Assembly: GCA_963668625.2 (NCBI GenBank)
Contig: CAXXKA010000001.1
Span: 160,001 to 224,000 of the forward strand
Length of the DNA stretch: 64,000 nt
Direction of reading: 5' to 3'
DNA from: an uncultured candidate division Zixibacteria bacterium
GTDB taxonomy: Bacteria > Zixibacteria > MSB-5A5 > UBA10806 > 4484-95
The notes beneath the pieces are model-generated. The model saw only the letters and a list, made by a program, of their open reading frames with translations. It ran no database searches and had not been told where the DNA came from. Positions within the stretch are counted from its first letter, which is position 1; every line of letters begins with the position of its first letter. The position numbers and the translations under genes are program-made. Below, piece after piece: positions 1 to 10,592 of this stretch.

Positions 1-50
1 CGATCGTTAACGGTGAAATCGTATACCAGAATAAGGCGATGAAATTATGA
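1..50 (+). CDS. 3' end of an upstream gene, probably amidohydrolase/dihydroorotase family (partial)
   Basis: Frame from 3 reads IVNGEIVYQNKAMKL*, a typical amidohydrolase C-terminal 'TIVxGxIVY' strand; its TGA overlaps the next ATG (ATGA). Confidence 0.45.
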   Translation, partial: IVNGEIVYQNKAMKL

Positions 51-643
51 ACATCATAGATATAATCAAGAAACGTCAGACTGTCTCGAATTTCTCCTCC
101 CGGCCGGTCGAGAAAGATAAGATCGAGCGTATTACGGGCGCGGTTGAATTCAGCCCGATGGGCTCGGAGAAAATTCCGCTCAAGGTGATAGTGGTATCGA
201 AACCGAAACATAAACAGCAAATACGACTTCAGGCAGAACAGGTAGAGCGGGCTTATACGCATGGCGCCTCCGTGTTCGGCGAGGATAACGGCGATGAGCC
301 AGCCGATAGCAACGGCTGGAAGAAACCGTTTCTGGAGGAAGCGCCGTTTTTACTGGTGGTTTGCTCGCTGGCGGGTCAACCATATAACGCCGCCTCGACC
401 TGGCTGGCTCTGGGCAAGGTCATGATGGCCGCCTCGGAGGAGGGGCTTGGTTCCATGTGTTATTCTCCCCAGATGCCGACATTCCTGCGCAAGGTGCTCA
501 ATATAGCCGCTCGGTTCATGCCTATCGCTATCATCCCGGTAGGGTATTCCGCCGATGACCTGTTTCCGACACTGGAGCCGCAGGAGGAGAAGATGTTTCG
601 TAACCTGTTCTCGGGACGGTTCAACTGGCAGAGCGCGAATTGA
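47..643 (+). CDS. Nitroreductase family protein (iodotyrosine deiodinase-like)
   Basis: N-terminal IIKKRQTVSNFSSRPV, central WKKPFLEEAPFLLVV, C-terminal EEGLGS...IIPVGY nitroreductase motifs. Confidence 0.8.
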   Translation: MNIIDIIKKRQTVSNFSSRPVEKDKIERITGAVEFSPMGSEKIPLKVIVVSKPKHKQQIRLQAEQVERAYTHGASVFGEDNGDEPADSNGWKKPFLEEAPFLLVVCSLAGQPYNAASTWLALGKVMMAASEEGLGSMCYSPQMPTFLRKVLNIAARFMPIAIIPVGYSADDLFPTLEPQEEKMFRNLFSGRFNWQSAN

Positions 644-701
644 TTGGTATGGTTTATTACATGGTCACGATTAGAGAGCAGACATTCGTTAGGATAGTAA
701 A

Positions 702-848
702 ATGATGATCGATTTTGTTTGGGATACGATTTCGGATGTCATTGATTTCTTTTTCGGCCATAAAGTAAAAGTATTTGTCGTACTGATAATAGTAGTATTG
801 GCATATCGGCGTTTTTATTTCTTAGCAAACGAAATGCTAACTAATTAA
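702..848 (+). CDS. Small single-pass membrane protein (48 aa), below the ORF-track cutoff
   Basis: AGGA upstream of ATG 702; MMIDFVWDTISDVIDFFFGHKVKVFVVLIIVVLAYRRFYFLANEMLTN*; fills the gap between flanking genes. Confidence 0.55.
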   Translation: MMIDFVWDTISDVIDFFFGHKVKVFVVLIIVVLAYRRFYFLANEMLTN

Positions 849-895
849 TTTGCGCCAAATAACGGATAACCTTTAATAAGGTAAAATATAGGATT

Positions 896-3073
896 ATGGA
901 AAACAAATTTCTCCCTGAAATCAAAAGCACTCTGGCGAATCTCCCCAGCCCTCCGAGAGTGCGTGAACTCGCTAAAATGATGAATATCAGCCAGGCTGAC
1001 TATCGCGAGTTCAGGCGGGTCATTAAAGCTGCCGCACATGACGGCGAATTGGAGCGTCTTCGCGGTGGAAGGCTGGCGGTGCCGAGTTTCGTCGGCAGGA
1101 TAAAAGGCCGGCTGCTTATTGCCCGCTCGGGATTCGGTTTCGTAATGCCCGAGGATCAGCCCGAGGAGATATTTGTCAAAGAGCAGGATCTCGCCGGGGC
1201 AATGCATGGCGAAACCGTGATAGTCGAGCTAAAGAAATTCAAGCTCGGTAAAAGCATGGAGGGGCGAATCGTCAAGGTGCTCCATCGCGAGGGAACGCAA
1301 TTAGTAGGCAAGCTGAATAAAAACCGTTACGGCTGGCAGATCGATCCGACCGATCCCCGGATTGACCAAACTATCGAGGTCCGGGAAACCGGTAGTTTTG
1401 CCATAAAGCAGGATTACCTGGCAGTGGTCGTTCTCGATGAGTGGACAGCCGATTACCTTCCACCGACCGGCCGCATAGTCGAGGTGCTCGGTCCCGCCGG
1501 TTCACCCGGTGTCGATATTGACGCCCTGGTTATCAGTTCCGGCGTGCCGATAGAGTTTTCACAGCAGACGATCAACCAGACTAAACAAATCGGTAAAACT
1601 ATCAGCAAGTTCGAGAGAAACCGTCGCAAAGACCTGCGCGATCTGACCGTGTTTACGATAGACCCGGCCGATGCTAAGGATCACGATGATGCTGTCAGCC
1701 TGGAGGAGTTGCCTGACGGCACCTGCAGGCTGGGTGTTCATATAGCGGATGTTTCCCATTATGTCAAAGCCGATAGCTGGCTCGATCAGGATGCGCTTTT
1801 GCGCGGCAACTCGATTTATCTGGTCGACCGTGTCATACCGATGCTTCCCGAAAAGCTCTCGGCCGATCTATGCAGTTTGCACGAGGGTGTGGACAGGATG
1901 GCGCTGACCTGCTTTATCTATTACGATAAACGCGGCAACGTGAAAGACCAGGAGATGCTGGAGACAATCATAAACAGTAACGCCTCTCTCAATTATAACG
2001 AGGTACAGGATTGTCTCGATGGTAACCCAAACGACAAAACCGGGCAGTACGCCGAGCTTCTGGTCAAGATGGATAAGCTCGCCAAAAAATTAAAAGGAAA
2101 GCGCGTTAAAGCGGGCAGTCTCGATTTCGATTTACCCGAGGCCAAGGTAGTGCTCGATCCGGACGGTAATGTCGTGGAGATATTGAAATACCCGCGCTAC
2201 GACAGCCATCGACTGGTAGAGGAATTCATGCTGTCAGCCAACAAGGTCGTGGCTAAACTGTTGGAGGGTTTTGCCGCGCCGATTCTCTTTCGGGTACACG
2301 ATAAACCCGATAAACTTAAAGTGAAAAATTTCGCCGAGCTGATAAAGGAGATGGGTTATACTTTCAGCTTTAAAGGCGAGATAACCCCCAAGAAATTTCA
2401 GCGGGTGCTCGATGAGGTAACCGGCAAAGCGGATGAGGCTTTCGTTCATAAGCTGTTGCTCAGATCGCTTGCTAAGGCGGCGTATCAACCCAACAACCTC
2501 GGCCATTTCGGTTTGGCTTTCGATAGCTACGCTCATTTTACCTCCCCGATCAGGCGCTATCCCGATTTACACTTGCATCGCGTGGTGAAATTATTTATCA
2601 ATAAATTACTGCACGCCGGGATCGCCTCGAAACTCAGGGAGAATTTGAAAAATATCGGCAATCACTGCTCCCAGACCGAGCTTCAGGCGGACGCCCTGGA
2701 ACGCGAGTCGATAAAGATCAAGATGCTGGAGTATTTCGATAATCAAATCGGCGCGCGATTTGCCGGCACCGTATCGGGCGTCGTTCGCTCCGGTTTGTTC
2801 GTGCAAATAGATGAGATGATGGCAGAGGGATTTTTAGCGTACTCATCGTTCGGGGATGATTATTATATCTACGATGAGGTGAAACACGAGGCGGTCGGTA
2901 AGCGCACCAGGAAGAGATTTCGCCTGGGCGATAAAATAGAAATAATCGTAGCCGGGGTAAATCGCGAACGCCGCGAGATGGATTTTTACGCGGCCTCGAT
3001 GGTTGAACCCAAAGAGAAAAAAAACAACAATAAACCTAAACGCAGAGACGTTAAGCCTAAAAAACGAAAATGA
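896..3073 (+). CDS. rnr: Ribonuclease R
   Basis: Cold-shock domains (GFGFV), RNB motif FTIDPADAKDHDDA, HFTSPIRRYPDL, S1 domain, basic tail. Confidence 0.95.
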   Translation: MENKFLPEIKSTLANLPSPPRVRELAKMMNISQADYREFRRVIKAAAHDGELERLRGGRLAVPSFVGRIKGRLLIARSGFGFVMPEDQPEEIFVKEQDLAGAMHGETVIVELKKFKLGKSMEGRIVKVLHREGTQLVGKLNKNRYGWQIDPTDPRIDQTIEVRETGSFAIKQDYLAVVVLDEWTADYLPPTGRIVEVLGPAGSPGVDIDALVISSGVPIEFSQQTINQTKQIGKTISKFERNRRKDLRDLTVFTIDPADAKDHDDAVSLEELPDGTCRLGVHIADVSHYVKADSWLDQDALLRGNSIYLVDRVIPMLPEKLSADLCSLHEGVDRMALTCFIYYDKRGNVKDQEMLETIINSNASLNYNEVQDCLDGNPNDKTGQYAELLVKMDKLAKKLKGKRVKAGSLDFDLPEAKVVLDPDGNVVEILKYPRYDSHRLVEEFMLSANKVVAKLLEGFAAPILFRVHDKPDKLKVKNFAELIKEMGYTFSFKGEITPKKFQRVLDEVTGKADEAFVHKLLLRSLAKAAYQPNNLGHFGLAFDSYAHFTSPIRRYPDLHLHRVVKLFINKLLHAGIASKLRENLKNIGNHCSQTELQADALERESIKIKMLEYFDNQIGARFAGTVSGVVRSGLFVQIDEMMAEGFLAYSSFGDDYYIYDEVKHEAVGKRTRKRFRLGDKIEIIVAGVNRERREMDFYAASMVEPKEKKNNNKPKRRDVKPKKRK

Positions 3074-4500
3074 TAATTTACGTATACGGCCCGGATAAAG
3101 ACTACAACGAGTCCCTATCGGAAGCTTTAAAAAAGCTTTCGTTCGAGACCTCGGTTTATGATGATAAGCAGGCGCTCGGATCGGCAATTAAAAACCTGTC
3201 GCCGACCGGCCTGTTTTATGACCTTCGCTATGAAAACGAGATACCGCGAGTGCTAGAACGCATCTATCTCGAACATCCCGATATAATTCTACTCGGAGTA
3301 ACCGAACATCACCTGGAAATGTTCGAGGGGTACACCGATCAACTGTTTCTACCTCATCTCGATATCGCCCAAATGGCCAGCGCTTTTAACGAGCATTTAA
3401 AAGATAGAGAGCTCTTAGAGTCATGCGGTTTCGTCGGTCGTTCAATCGAGCTGATCGGCGTAGCCAGAATGATTCATCAGGTTGCCCCGACTGATATTAC
3501 CGTACTGGTAACCGGCCCCTCGGGAGCGGGCAAGGAGACAGTCGCCCTGGCCATTCATCGTACTTCCGGCAAGGCTGATGATAAATTCTACAGTATCAAT
3601 ATCGGTTCGCTGGCGCCGGGAGTCGTCGAATCGGAGTTGTTCGGCCACGAGAAAGGCTCGTTCACCGGTGCGGTCGCGAAGCGTTCAGGATATTTCGAGA
3701 TGGCCTCGGATGGTACTTTGTTTTTGGATGAAATAGGCGAGCTCTCGGCCGATTTGCAGGTAAAACTATTACGTGTACTCGAGGAACGTAGTTTCTATCG
3801 CGTCGGTGGCCAGAAAAAGATATCGACCGGGACCAGGCTTATTTTTGCCACCAACCGAGATTTGGGTGAGGAGGTGGCATCGGGCAATTTCCGCCAGGAC
3901 TTGTACTATCGCTTGAATGTCGTTAATATCACCTTGCCGCCGCTATCAGCCCGGCCCAAAGATATTTCACCGCTGGTGAAAGCGTTCATAAAAAGATCCC
4001 GTTATTATAACGAGGTGGTTTCCAATCCGATCGAGCCCGGCGCGCTCAAGCTTTTCATGCGTTATCATTGGCCGGGTAATATCAGGGAATTGAAAAACGT
4101 GGTCGAGTCGATGTTGATTCTTTCCAACAAAGGCGTGATTACCCAGGAATCATTCGAACGCTACCTGCGCGAGAAATCTCTTCACAATACCAGGCTGCCG
4201 GTGCCAACGGGCAGATCGACGACCAGCGCCGAACATCAATTGATTATTCAAGCGTTGCTGTCGATGAAAGATGAAATTTCGAGCCTGCGGCAGCTAATCA
4301 TGGAAAATATCGATAGTCCTTTGAATGATACCAACAGGCTGCCCGAACAGCAGGAAAGCCTGAATTTGGAAAATAACGAACGTAACCTGATCGAAAAAAC
4401 CTTGAAGGAGGTGAATGGTAATCGCAGGCGAGCAGCAAGGCTTCTGGGTATAGGCGAAAGAACGCTTTACCGCAAGCTCGACAAATACGGCATAAGCTGA
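3070..4500 (+). CDS. Sigma-54-dependent transcriptional activator (bEBP) with degenerate receiver-like N-terminus
   Basis: Walker [49 protein letters not shown], Fis-type HTH. Confidence 0.93.
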   Translation: MIIYVYGPDKDYNESLSEALKKLSFETSVYDDKQALGSAIKNLSPTGLFYDLRYENEIPRVLERIYLEHPDIILLGVTEHHLEMFEGYTDQLFLPHLDIAQMASAFNEHLKDRELLESCGFVGRSIELIGVARMIHQVAPTDITVLVTGPSGAGKETVALAIHRTSGKADDKFYSINIGSLAPGVVESELFGHEKGSFTGAVAKRSGYFEMASDGTLFLDEIGELSADLQVKLLRVLEERSFYRVGGQKKISTGTRLIFATNRDLGEEVASGNFRQDLYYRLNVVNITLPPLSARPKDISPLVKAFIKRSRYYNEVVSNPIEPGALKLFMRYHWPGNIRELKNVVESMLILSNKGVITQESFERYLREKSLHNTRLPVPTGRSTTSAEHQLIIQALLSMKDEISSLRQLIMENIDSPLNDTNRLPEQQESLNLENNERNLIEKTLKEVNGNRRRAARLLGIGERTLYRKLDKYGIS

Positions 4501-4508
4501 TCTGCTCT

Positions 4509-5987
4509 TTGTTAGTCTCGTTTTTGGTCATTTGCTTTTCAAAGGGTAACGCATCACCGGTATACAACATAGAAAATCTCGATGATTTATTCGATGCCTA
4601 TTATTCGGGCATGATAGACTACACGACATTTTCTATTCTCTATAATGCGTATGACCTCGGCGGATTAACCGGGGATGATCTCGAGGCTTTGAATATATCG
4701 GATCGAACCGAATTATACTTTCTGCTCAATCCCGAGGATAGCTCCGGCTTCTGGCAGGAGCTTTTAAACAATCGGAACGGACAGCTTGGTTTTAGGAGAT
4801 ATAGCCGCGATAAGGATTATATCTATAGTAATTACTACGCTGATTTTTTTCGGCATGGATTTAACCTCCGGTTCGATATCAGAAAGCTCGATGAGCAAAC
4901 CGAATTTCGCCGACGATCTATCGGTTGGCGTAATGAATATATCGAGCTGAAAACCGGCAATTATCTGGTAAAACAGATGTATGGCCTGACAATCGGCAGG
5001 TACGATTATCAGCCCTCGGCGGGATATGGAAACGAGAGTAAACTGAATTTACTTTCCCCCTCGAACAGCTACTATAACGGATTCGCGATGGAAATTAATA
5101 GAAGCAATTTTCATTCAGGTTCATACTATTCATATAAAGAATATGATAATTACGATAAAACGTTTGCCGGTGGATCGATAACCTATGAATCGAAGCGGTA
5201 TACGGTCAGTATCATCTCAGGCTGGAATAAAATATACAACGGAGATAAAGATGAAGAATACCTGGCTATCGGAACGGGTTTTGAAATCAACATGGATGAT
5301 TACTCGCTTGGCGGTGAATACGCCCTCGTCGAAAAGTCCGCCGGAGTGTACCTGAAAGCCTCAAAGCAAGCAGAAAAACTGCTGATACAATCGGAGTTCT
5401 GGCATTATGCCGATCATTTCTGCAATTTTAATTGCAGCGGCCCGGCAGCCTCCGATTACGAATCGTTTTACCCGCTGGATGATGAATTGGGTTTCAGGTC
5501 AACTCAGGCGGGGGAGACCGGCGTATCGATCAGCTATCACGTTACCGGCCTGGATGCCGGTTTACAGATGTGGAATCAAAGCGGCAGCGATTTTCCGAAC
5601 TCATCCATATATGCCCGTTCGTTTCATGATATCAGCGAGAGCATCAGGATTAAATATCAGCTATCATATAAGAATACCGAAACCAGTAGATATTTTTGGA
5701 TGAGAGTTTATCACGACATGGAACTTCCAGTGATTGACAGGCTGGGTTTAAAAACTTATTATGATGACGGCAACTTTATCAGGAAGAACAGCTACGCTTA
5801 CTCGGACCATCGCTATGAAATTAATAGGCAATTCGCATTAACTTTGAAACTGAGATTTTACATGGATAATCAAATATACTGGTATATTGGCGAATCACTT
5901 GAGACCGCGCCGCGTTTACGTCTACGTGGCGAAGTTTCTTACAGGGATTATGCCCGGATAAACATCAAAATAGAGAAAGCGCTATGA
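4509..5987 (+). CDS. Hypothetical exported/outer-membrane beta-rich protein
   Basis: Signal-like N-terminus, Tyr/aromatic-rich alternating strands; TTG start uncertain. Confidence 0.55.
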   Translation: MLVSFLVICFSKGNASPVYNIENLDDLFDAYYSGMIDYTTFSILYNAYDLGGLTGDDLEALNISDRTELYFLLNPEDSSGFWQELLNNRNGQLGFRRYSRDKDYIYSNYYADFFRHGFNLRFDIRKLDEQTEFRRRSIGWRNEYIELKTGNYLVKQMYGLTIGRYDYQPSAGYGNESKLNLLSPSNSYYNGFAMEINRSNFHSGSYYSYKEYDNYDKTFAGGSITYESKRYTVSIISGWNKIYNGDKDEEYLAIGTGFEINMDDYSLGGEYALVEKSAGVYLKASKQAEKLLIQSEFWHYADHFCNFNCSGPAASDYESFYPLDDELGFRSTQAGETGVSISYHVTGLDAGLQMWNQSGSDFPNSSIYARSFHDISESIRIKYQLSYKNTETSRYFWMRVYHDMELPVIDRLGLKTYYDDGNFIRKNSYAYSDHRYEINRQFALTLKLRFYMDNQIYWYIGESLETAPRLRLRGEVSYRDYARINIKIEKAL

Positions 5988-6844
5988 GGACGATTTTAAA
6001 AACGGTGATTTTTTTAATGATCTCTTATCGAATGGTTTCGGCCGAGATCATCTTAAGCGAGATACTGGCGAATGAACCTGGCAGCCGTGTACTGTTGGAA
6101 TGGTTTGAGATTTACAATAGCGATGATTCGACGATCAACCTAGATAATTACTCATTCATAGAAAACGGCGATACGCTGAATATTCCTGAAGGAGCGATTA
6201 TCGATGGCAACTCGTATGCCGTTATCTGCCGTCGACTCGAACCGCATGATGGCAGCGACTGTTTCGAATCGTACTGGGGCGATTCCTCCGGTGTCTGGGG
6301 GGATGCTCTCGATGAAAACTATCGAGTCTACGAGGCAGGTATGACTCTCTCCAACAGCAACGGATCTATTTATATATTACTCGCCGACAGTATCGGTATT
6401 GACCATTTCATCTGGGATAAAGCTACCGATGACGCTCGAAGTTACGAGCGCGACTGGGTGCTAGATCCGTTCTCGGACTGGCATGAATGCTATGATCCGT
6501 CCGGCTCGACACCCGGCAGCGAGAATTCGGTTATTCCATCCGATGATGCTCAGTATTTTCTGAGCGTGGAACCGGAGGCGGTCAGTTTAGCCCGTCATGA
6601 AAAAACGATGACCGTAACATACGGCGCGCCATCAGGTACCGAGGTTACTATTTACATATACGATGATTCTGCTCTTCGACGGCGAGTCATAGTCGAACAG
6701 TCTTCTAATTCCGTTGATGAGATAATCTGGAATCTCGAGGATGACAACAGCGATACTTTGCCTGCCGGGTTGTATTTCCTGTCGTTCAGGACATCCGGAG
6801 CTATCTCCGTTTTGAAAAACATTCCGATTGTGATTGCCCCATGA
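5984..6844 (+). CDS. Lamin-tail-domain protein with FlgD/T9SS-like C-terminal Ig domain
   Basis: Signal peptide; IILSEILANEP...EWFEIYN LTD motif, STPGSENS; C-terminal IYD...IIWN...LPAGLYF. Confidence 0.8.
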   Translation: MRTILKTVIFLMISYRMVSAEIILSEILANEPGSRVLLEWFEIYNSDDSTINLDNYSFIENGDTLNIPEGAIIDGNSYAVICRRLEPHDGSDCFESYWGDSSGVWGDALDENYRVYEAGMTLSNSNGSIYILLADSIGIDHFIWDKATDDARSYERDWVLDPFSDWHECYDPSGSTPGSENSVIPSDDAQYFLSVEPEAVSLARHEKTMTVTYGAPSGTEVTIYIYDDSALRRRVIVEQSSNSVDEIIWNLEDDNSDTLPAGLYFLSFRTSGAISVLKNIPIVIAP

Positions 6845-7614
6845 TTAGAACATCAATACTGCTCGTTTTGCTGCTGCCATTACTGGCATTTTGCCTTGAG
6901 GGACCTGATCTTATGCTCCTGGGCGACTGCTACATTCCAGGCCCGGGTGGTTTCAACCTCTGCTCGGCCGAACCGCAGACGGGAGGCATGAAACTGACAC
7001 TCCAGAACGCCTCGCTTTACGATATCCGTTCTTTGGATTGGAACTACGCCGGTATCAGATATTCTTCCGGTTGCTGGACAATAGCCGGAGATTTTCGAAT
7101 GTATGGCGTGAATAGTCTTTATGAGTCTGATCAATACCAGGTGATGATTCACTATCTGTTTGTCGAGCGCCTATCGATAGGAGCAGGTTACGGTCGCAAA
7201 GAGCTCAACTTCGGCGACGGGTTGTATAAAACATCAATCAATATACTCAGGTTCAGTTCAGGATTCAAACTCGATAATTTCAGCCTCGACCTGACTGTTG
7301 ATAATATCGCGCTAAATGATGATGACAAAGCCGTGGGTGATCCCGAATACCTGTTTTCCGGCGCATGGCCTGTTTACCGGGAACTTACGGTGTACAGCAT
7401 TTATTATAGAAATCCATATAAGCATGATAGATTTTTACTGGGGCAGGATTTAAAACTGAACAAACACCTGAACATTAATGCAGGACTGATAAGCGGCCCG
7501 GAGGTATATTTTGTGGGGCTTGAAATTGTTTACAAAGGACTTGTTTTCGGTTATACTTACTACGATGTAGCGGGCTTACCGGATTGCTCGAAATTAACTC
7601 TAAATTACAGGTAG
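6841..7614 (+). CDS. Hypothetical outer-membrane beta-barrel (PorV/FadL-like, tentative)
   Basis: Signal peptide, amphipathic beta strands, ends LTLNYR. Confidence 0.5.
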   Translation: MIRTSILLVLLLPLLAFCLEGPDLMLLGDCYIPGPGGFNLCSAEPQTGGMKLTLQNASLYDIRSLDWNYAGIRYSSGCWTIAGDFRMYGVNSLYESDQYQVMIHYLFVERLSIGAGYGRKELNFGDGLYKTSINILRFSSGFKLDNFSLDLTVDNIALNDDDKAVGDPEYLFSGAWPVYRELTVYSIYYRNPYKHDRFLLGQDLKLNKHLNINAGLISGPEVYFVGLEIVYKGLVFGYTYYDVAGLPDCSKLTLNYR

Positions 7615-7618
7615 AAAA

Positions 7619-8776
7619 ATGACAATTCGCGAATTGCTTGAAAAACAGGAACATGAAACGTTGGCGCCGTACGCCGCTAAATCATCCGAAAGCAGGGGAC
7701 GGCATTATAAGGAACGCAGCCACGATCAGCGAACCGAGTTTCAGCGGGACCGCGAAAGGATTATTCACACCACAGCGTTCAGGCGTCTCGAGTATAAAAC
7801 ACAGGTGTTCGTCAACTACGAGGGCGACCATTATCGTACGCGACTGACGCACACGATAGAGGTAGTGCAGATAGCGCGAGGAATCGCCAGGGCATTACAT
7901 CTTAACGAGGACCTGGCCGAGGCTATCGCATTAGCTCATGATCTGGGACATACGCCGTTCGGGCATTCGGGCGAAGCCGTGCTTAACAAGCTCATGAAAG
8001 AGCATGGTGGTTTCGAACACAATCGCCAGAGCCTGAAAGTGGTAGAAAACCTGGAGAAACGTTATCCCGATTTTCCGGGATTGAATCTCACTTATGAGCT
8101 TCGGGAGGGTATTTTAAAGCATGAGACGATTTACGACAATCCCATGTACCCGGCCGAGCTGTTCCCCACCGAAAGAGGTACGCTCGAGTGCCAGGTAGTA
8201 AATATCGCCGATGAGATAACCTATACGTGTCATGATGTTGATGATGGTTTGCGTTCCGGCTTAATTTCGGTTGAGGATTTGAAAATCATCCCATTCTGGA
8301 ATGAACTTCACGAGATAGTCATGAGCCAGTATCCATATATCGATAACACCCAGATTTATCGTCACCAGATGGTTAAAAACATGATCAACCTGATGATAGC
8401 CGATAGTATCGCCGCCAGTGTTAAGGCTCTCGACAAAGCTAAACCGGAATCGGTTAGTGATGTTCGCCGGATGGCGGAAAACCTGGTTTGCCGCGGGGAT
8501 GAGGCGTTGCGCAAAGAATCGCGGATAAAGCAGTTTCTTTTGGAAAAGGTATACCGTCACCATAAACTGGCCAGAATGGCCGATAAAGCCGAGAGAATTA
8601 TCACCACCCTGTTCGAGGTATATATCAAAAGCCCTGAACAGCTTCCACCGAATTTCCAAAACCGGTTAAGCAACGAGGACAAATACATAGTGGTGGCCGA
8701 CTACGTTGCCGGCATGACGGACAGGTTCGCCGCTACCGAATACAAAAAAATGATCGATCCGTTCGAGTTAATTTAG
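7619..8776 (+). CDS. dgt: Deoxyguanosinetriphosphate triphosphohydrolase
   Basis: RTEFQRDRERI, KTQVF, RTRLTH, AHDLGHTPFGHSGE HD motif, DYVAGMTD. Confidence 0.95.
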   Translation: MTIRELLEKQEHETLAPYAAKSSESRGRHYKERSHDQRTEFQRDRERIIHTTAFRRLEYKTQVFVNYEGDHYRTRLTHTIEVVQIARGIARALHLNEDLAEAIALAHDLGHTPFGHSGEAVLNKLMKEHGGFEHNRQSLKVVENLEKRYPDFPGLNLTYELREGILKHETIYDNPMYPAELFPTERGTLECQVVNIADEITYTCHDVDDGLRSGLISVEDLKIIPFWNELHEIVMSQYPYIDNTQIYRHQMVKNMINLMIADSIAASVKALDKAKPESVSDVRRMAENLVCRGDEALRKESRIKQFLLEKVYRHHKLARMADKAERIITTLFEVYIKSPEQLPPNFQNRLSNEDKYIVVADYVAGMTDRFAATEYKKMIDPFELI

Positions 8777-8926
8777 AAATAAGTTGAATATATTGTCCGT
8801 ATCAGTTAATAGATATATTGAAAGTATGGATTATCCGTTTACTTTCAGGCTTGGAATTACTGGTTATAATCAGGTTCCCGGCTATTAAACGAAACTTAAA
8901 GGACTGGATTTTAGTAATAGGGTATT

Positions 8927-10009
8927 ATGTCGGAGAATATGACAAAAAAGGAAGCCGCGGAGAAATTCACCCGCAATATGCTGCCCCAGGTTTCCCGGAC
9001 TTTTAACCTGGCTATAAAGTTTTTGCCCCAGAAACTCGGTAAACCGGTAGGCCTGGCCTATCTGCTGTGTCGTATCGCCGATACGTTCGAGGATTCGGCT
9101 GTGTTATCGCCGGGTGAACGTCAGGATATGCTGGGCAAATATGCCGGTCTTTTGGGTGGATATGGCAATTGCGATAAGGCATTGCTCGATGAAATACGGG
9201 GCTCATTTAAAAATAAACAGGCTAATTTCGAATCAGGCACATCCTCGTTTCCCGATCATATCCCCAGCGTAAATCTCGTTGAAAATCTCGACCAGGTACT
9301 TATAGCAGTGAACTCGATGCCGGATAGTTTCCGCGATCATATTTTTCCACGGGTGCAGGAGATGGCAACCGGGATGGCAAAATATACTACGCTTGCCAGC
9401 GGTGATCAGGCCAATGTCAAGTTTCTCAATGATGAATCCGACTGGGATAATTACTGCTATTATGTCGCCGGTACGGTTGGCCATATGCTAACCGATATTT
9501 TCTCCGACTACGCCGGTTTCTCGGAGGACACCCGAGCCAAGCTTCACCCGCTGGGCAGATCGTTCGGTCTCGGTTTGCAAAAAGTTAATGTCCTGAAAGA
9601 TGCCGTTATAGATACCAGCAGGGGAGTATGCTTTCTGCCGAAAACTTTCATCGAGCGGAATCATATCGCTTTTGGCAAGAAATCACTTCTCGATTTGCGG
9701 GGCGATATCACCGGGCTTGTTTTCGATGTCGTTAATATCTGCCACAGACATTTTCAGGATTCGCTCGAATATATCAGTATGATTCCCAAGAAACATTACG
9801 GTTTGAGGATGTTTTTAATCGTACCGATTATGTTGGCGGCCGCGACTCTTCGCCTGATTAGCGAATACCCCCATAAACTAGTCGATAAAGGTGATTTGAA
9901 ACTCGCCCGCTCCGAGGTCTGGAGCCTGGTGCGAAAGGCGTTCTTCCTGCGTTTCTCGGATCGTTTATTGACATATTCGTTTGCCAGAATCTATCCCGCT
10001 AATAACTAA
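8927..10009 (+). CDS. Squalene/phytoene synthase family, squalene-synthase-like
   Basis: VSRTF, YLLCRIADTFED, YCYYVAGTVG, GLGLQKVNVLKD. Confidence 0.85.
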   Translation: MSENMTKKEAAEKFTRNMLPQVSRTFNLAIKFLPQKLGKPVGLAYLLCRIADTFEDSAVLSPGERQDMLGKYAGLLGGYGNCDKALLDEIRGSFKNKQANFESGTSSFPDHIPSVNLVENLDQVLIAVNSMPDSFRDHIFPRVQEMATGMAKYTTLASGDQANVKFLNDESDWDNYCYYVAGTVGHMLTDIFSDYAGFSEDTRAKLHPLGRSFGLGLQKVNVLKDAVIDTSRGVCFLPKTFIERNHIAFGKKSLLDLRGDITGLVFDVVNICHRHFQDSLEYISMIPKKHYGLRMFLIVPIMLAAATLRLISEYPHKLVDKGDLKLARSEVWSLVRKAFFLRFSDRLLTYSFARIYPANN

Positions 10010-10196
10010 ACCGGGTATATCGAGACGCCTGTCATTGCCGGGAGACGGTAGCGGTGTCTGTTTATGGGATATTCTCAATACCTCAGTAATTTGTATTCTA
10101 TCAATCTGCCATTCATGACGGGTAATCTTATTGCGAATAATTATTCGGAGGCATTTTCCGGGTTCGGCGCATATATGGGAATCTACAACCTGACTT

Positions 10197-10430
10197 ATGA
10201 CTCGTGCCGATATCGGCGCATTCTACTACCATCAGTTATCTTTAATTGATAACATAACCTCATTACCGCAAGGAGTCAAACTTCACCAGAACTGTCCCAA
10301 TCCGTCAATGTATCCTGCGGGCGAGCACACTATTCGTTTTAGCGGCGCGGATTTGAGCTCCGGAGTTTATCTATAAAGAATTCAGACGAAAAATTGCGAG
10401 ATTGCTAAAAAACTAACGCTGATAAAATAG
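10197..10430 (+). pseudogene. Remnant of a T9SS-CTD secreted protein gene
   Basis: One frame reads TRADIGAFYYHQ...LHQNCPNP-(deletion)-YPAGEHTIRFSGADLSSGVYL*RIQTKNCEIAKKLTLIK* with an internal TAA at 10374-10376. Confidence 0.75.
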
Positions 10431-10592
10431 CCCTATCCGAGTGGTGATAACAAATTCATGTACTCAAACAAACCGTCAATCGGGCGGGGGAAAATCTTAT
10501 GTATGTTTATCGAGACAATAAATGCTTGACCTGGTTGTAGATTATATTATCTTCTTAACTAAGCGCGTTAAACCATCCTCAGGGAGGAAATT

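Noticed and set aside
10064-10249. 61-aa ORF as a real gene
   Set aside because: No motif or RBS; the recognisable protein signal lies in a different frame (the CTD pseudogene)
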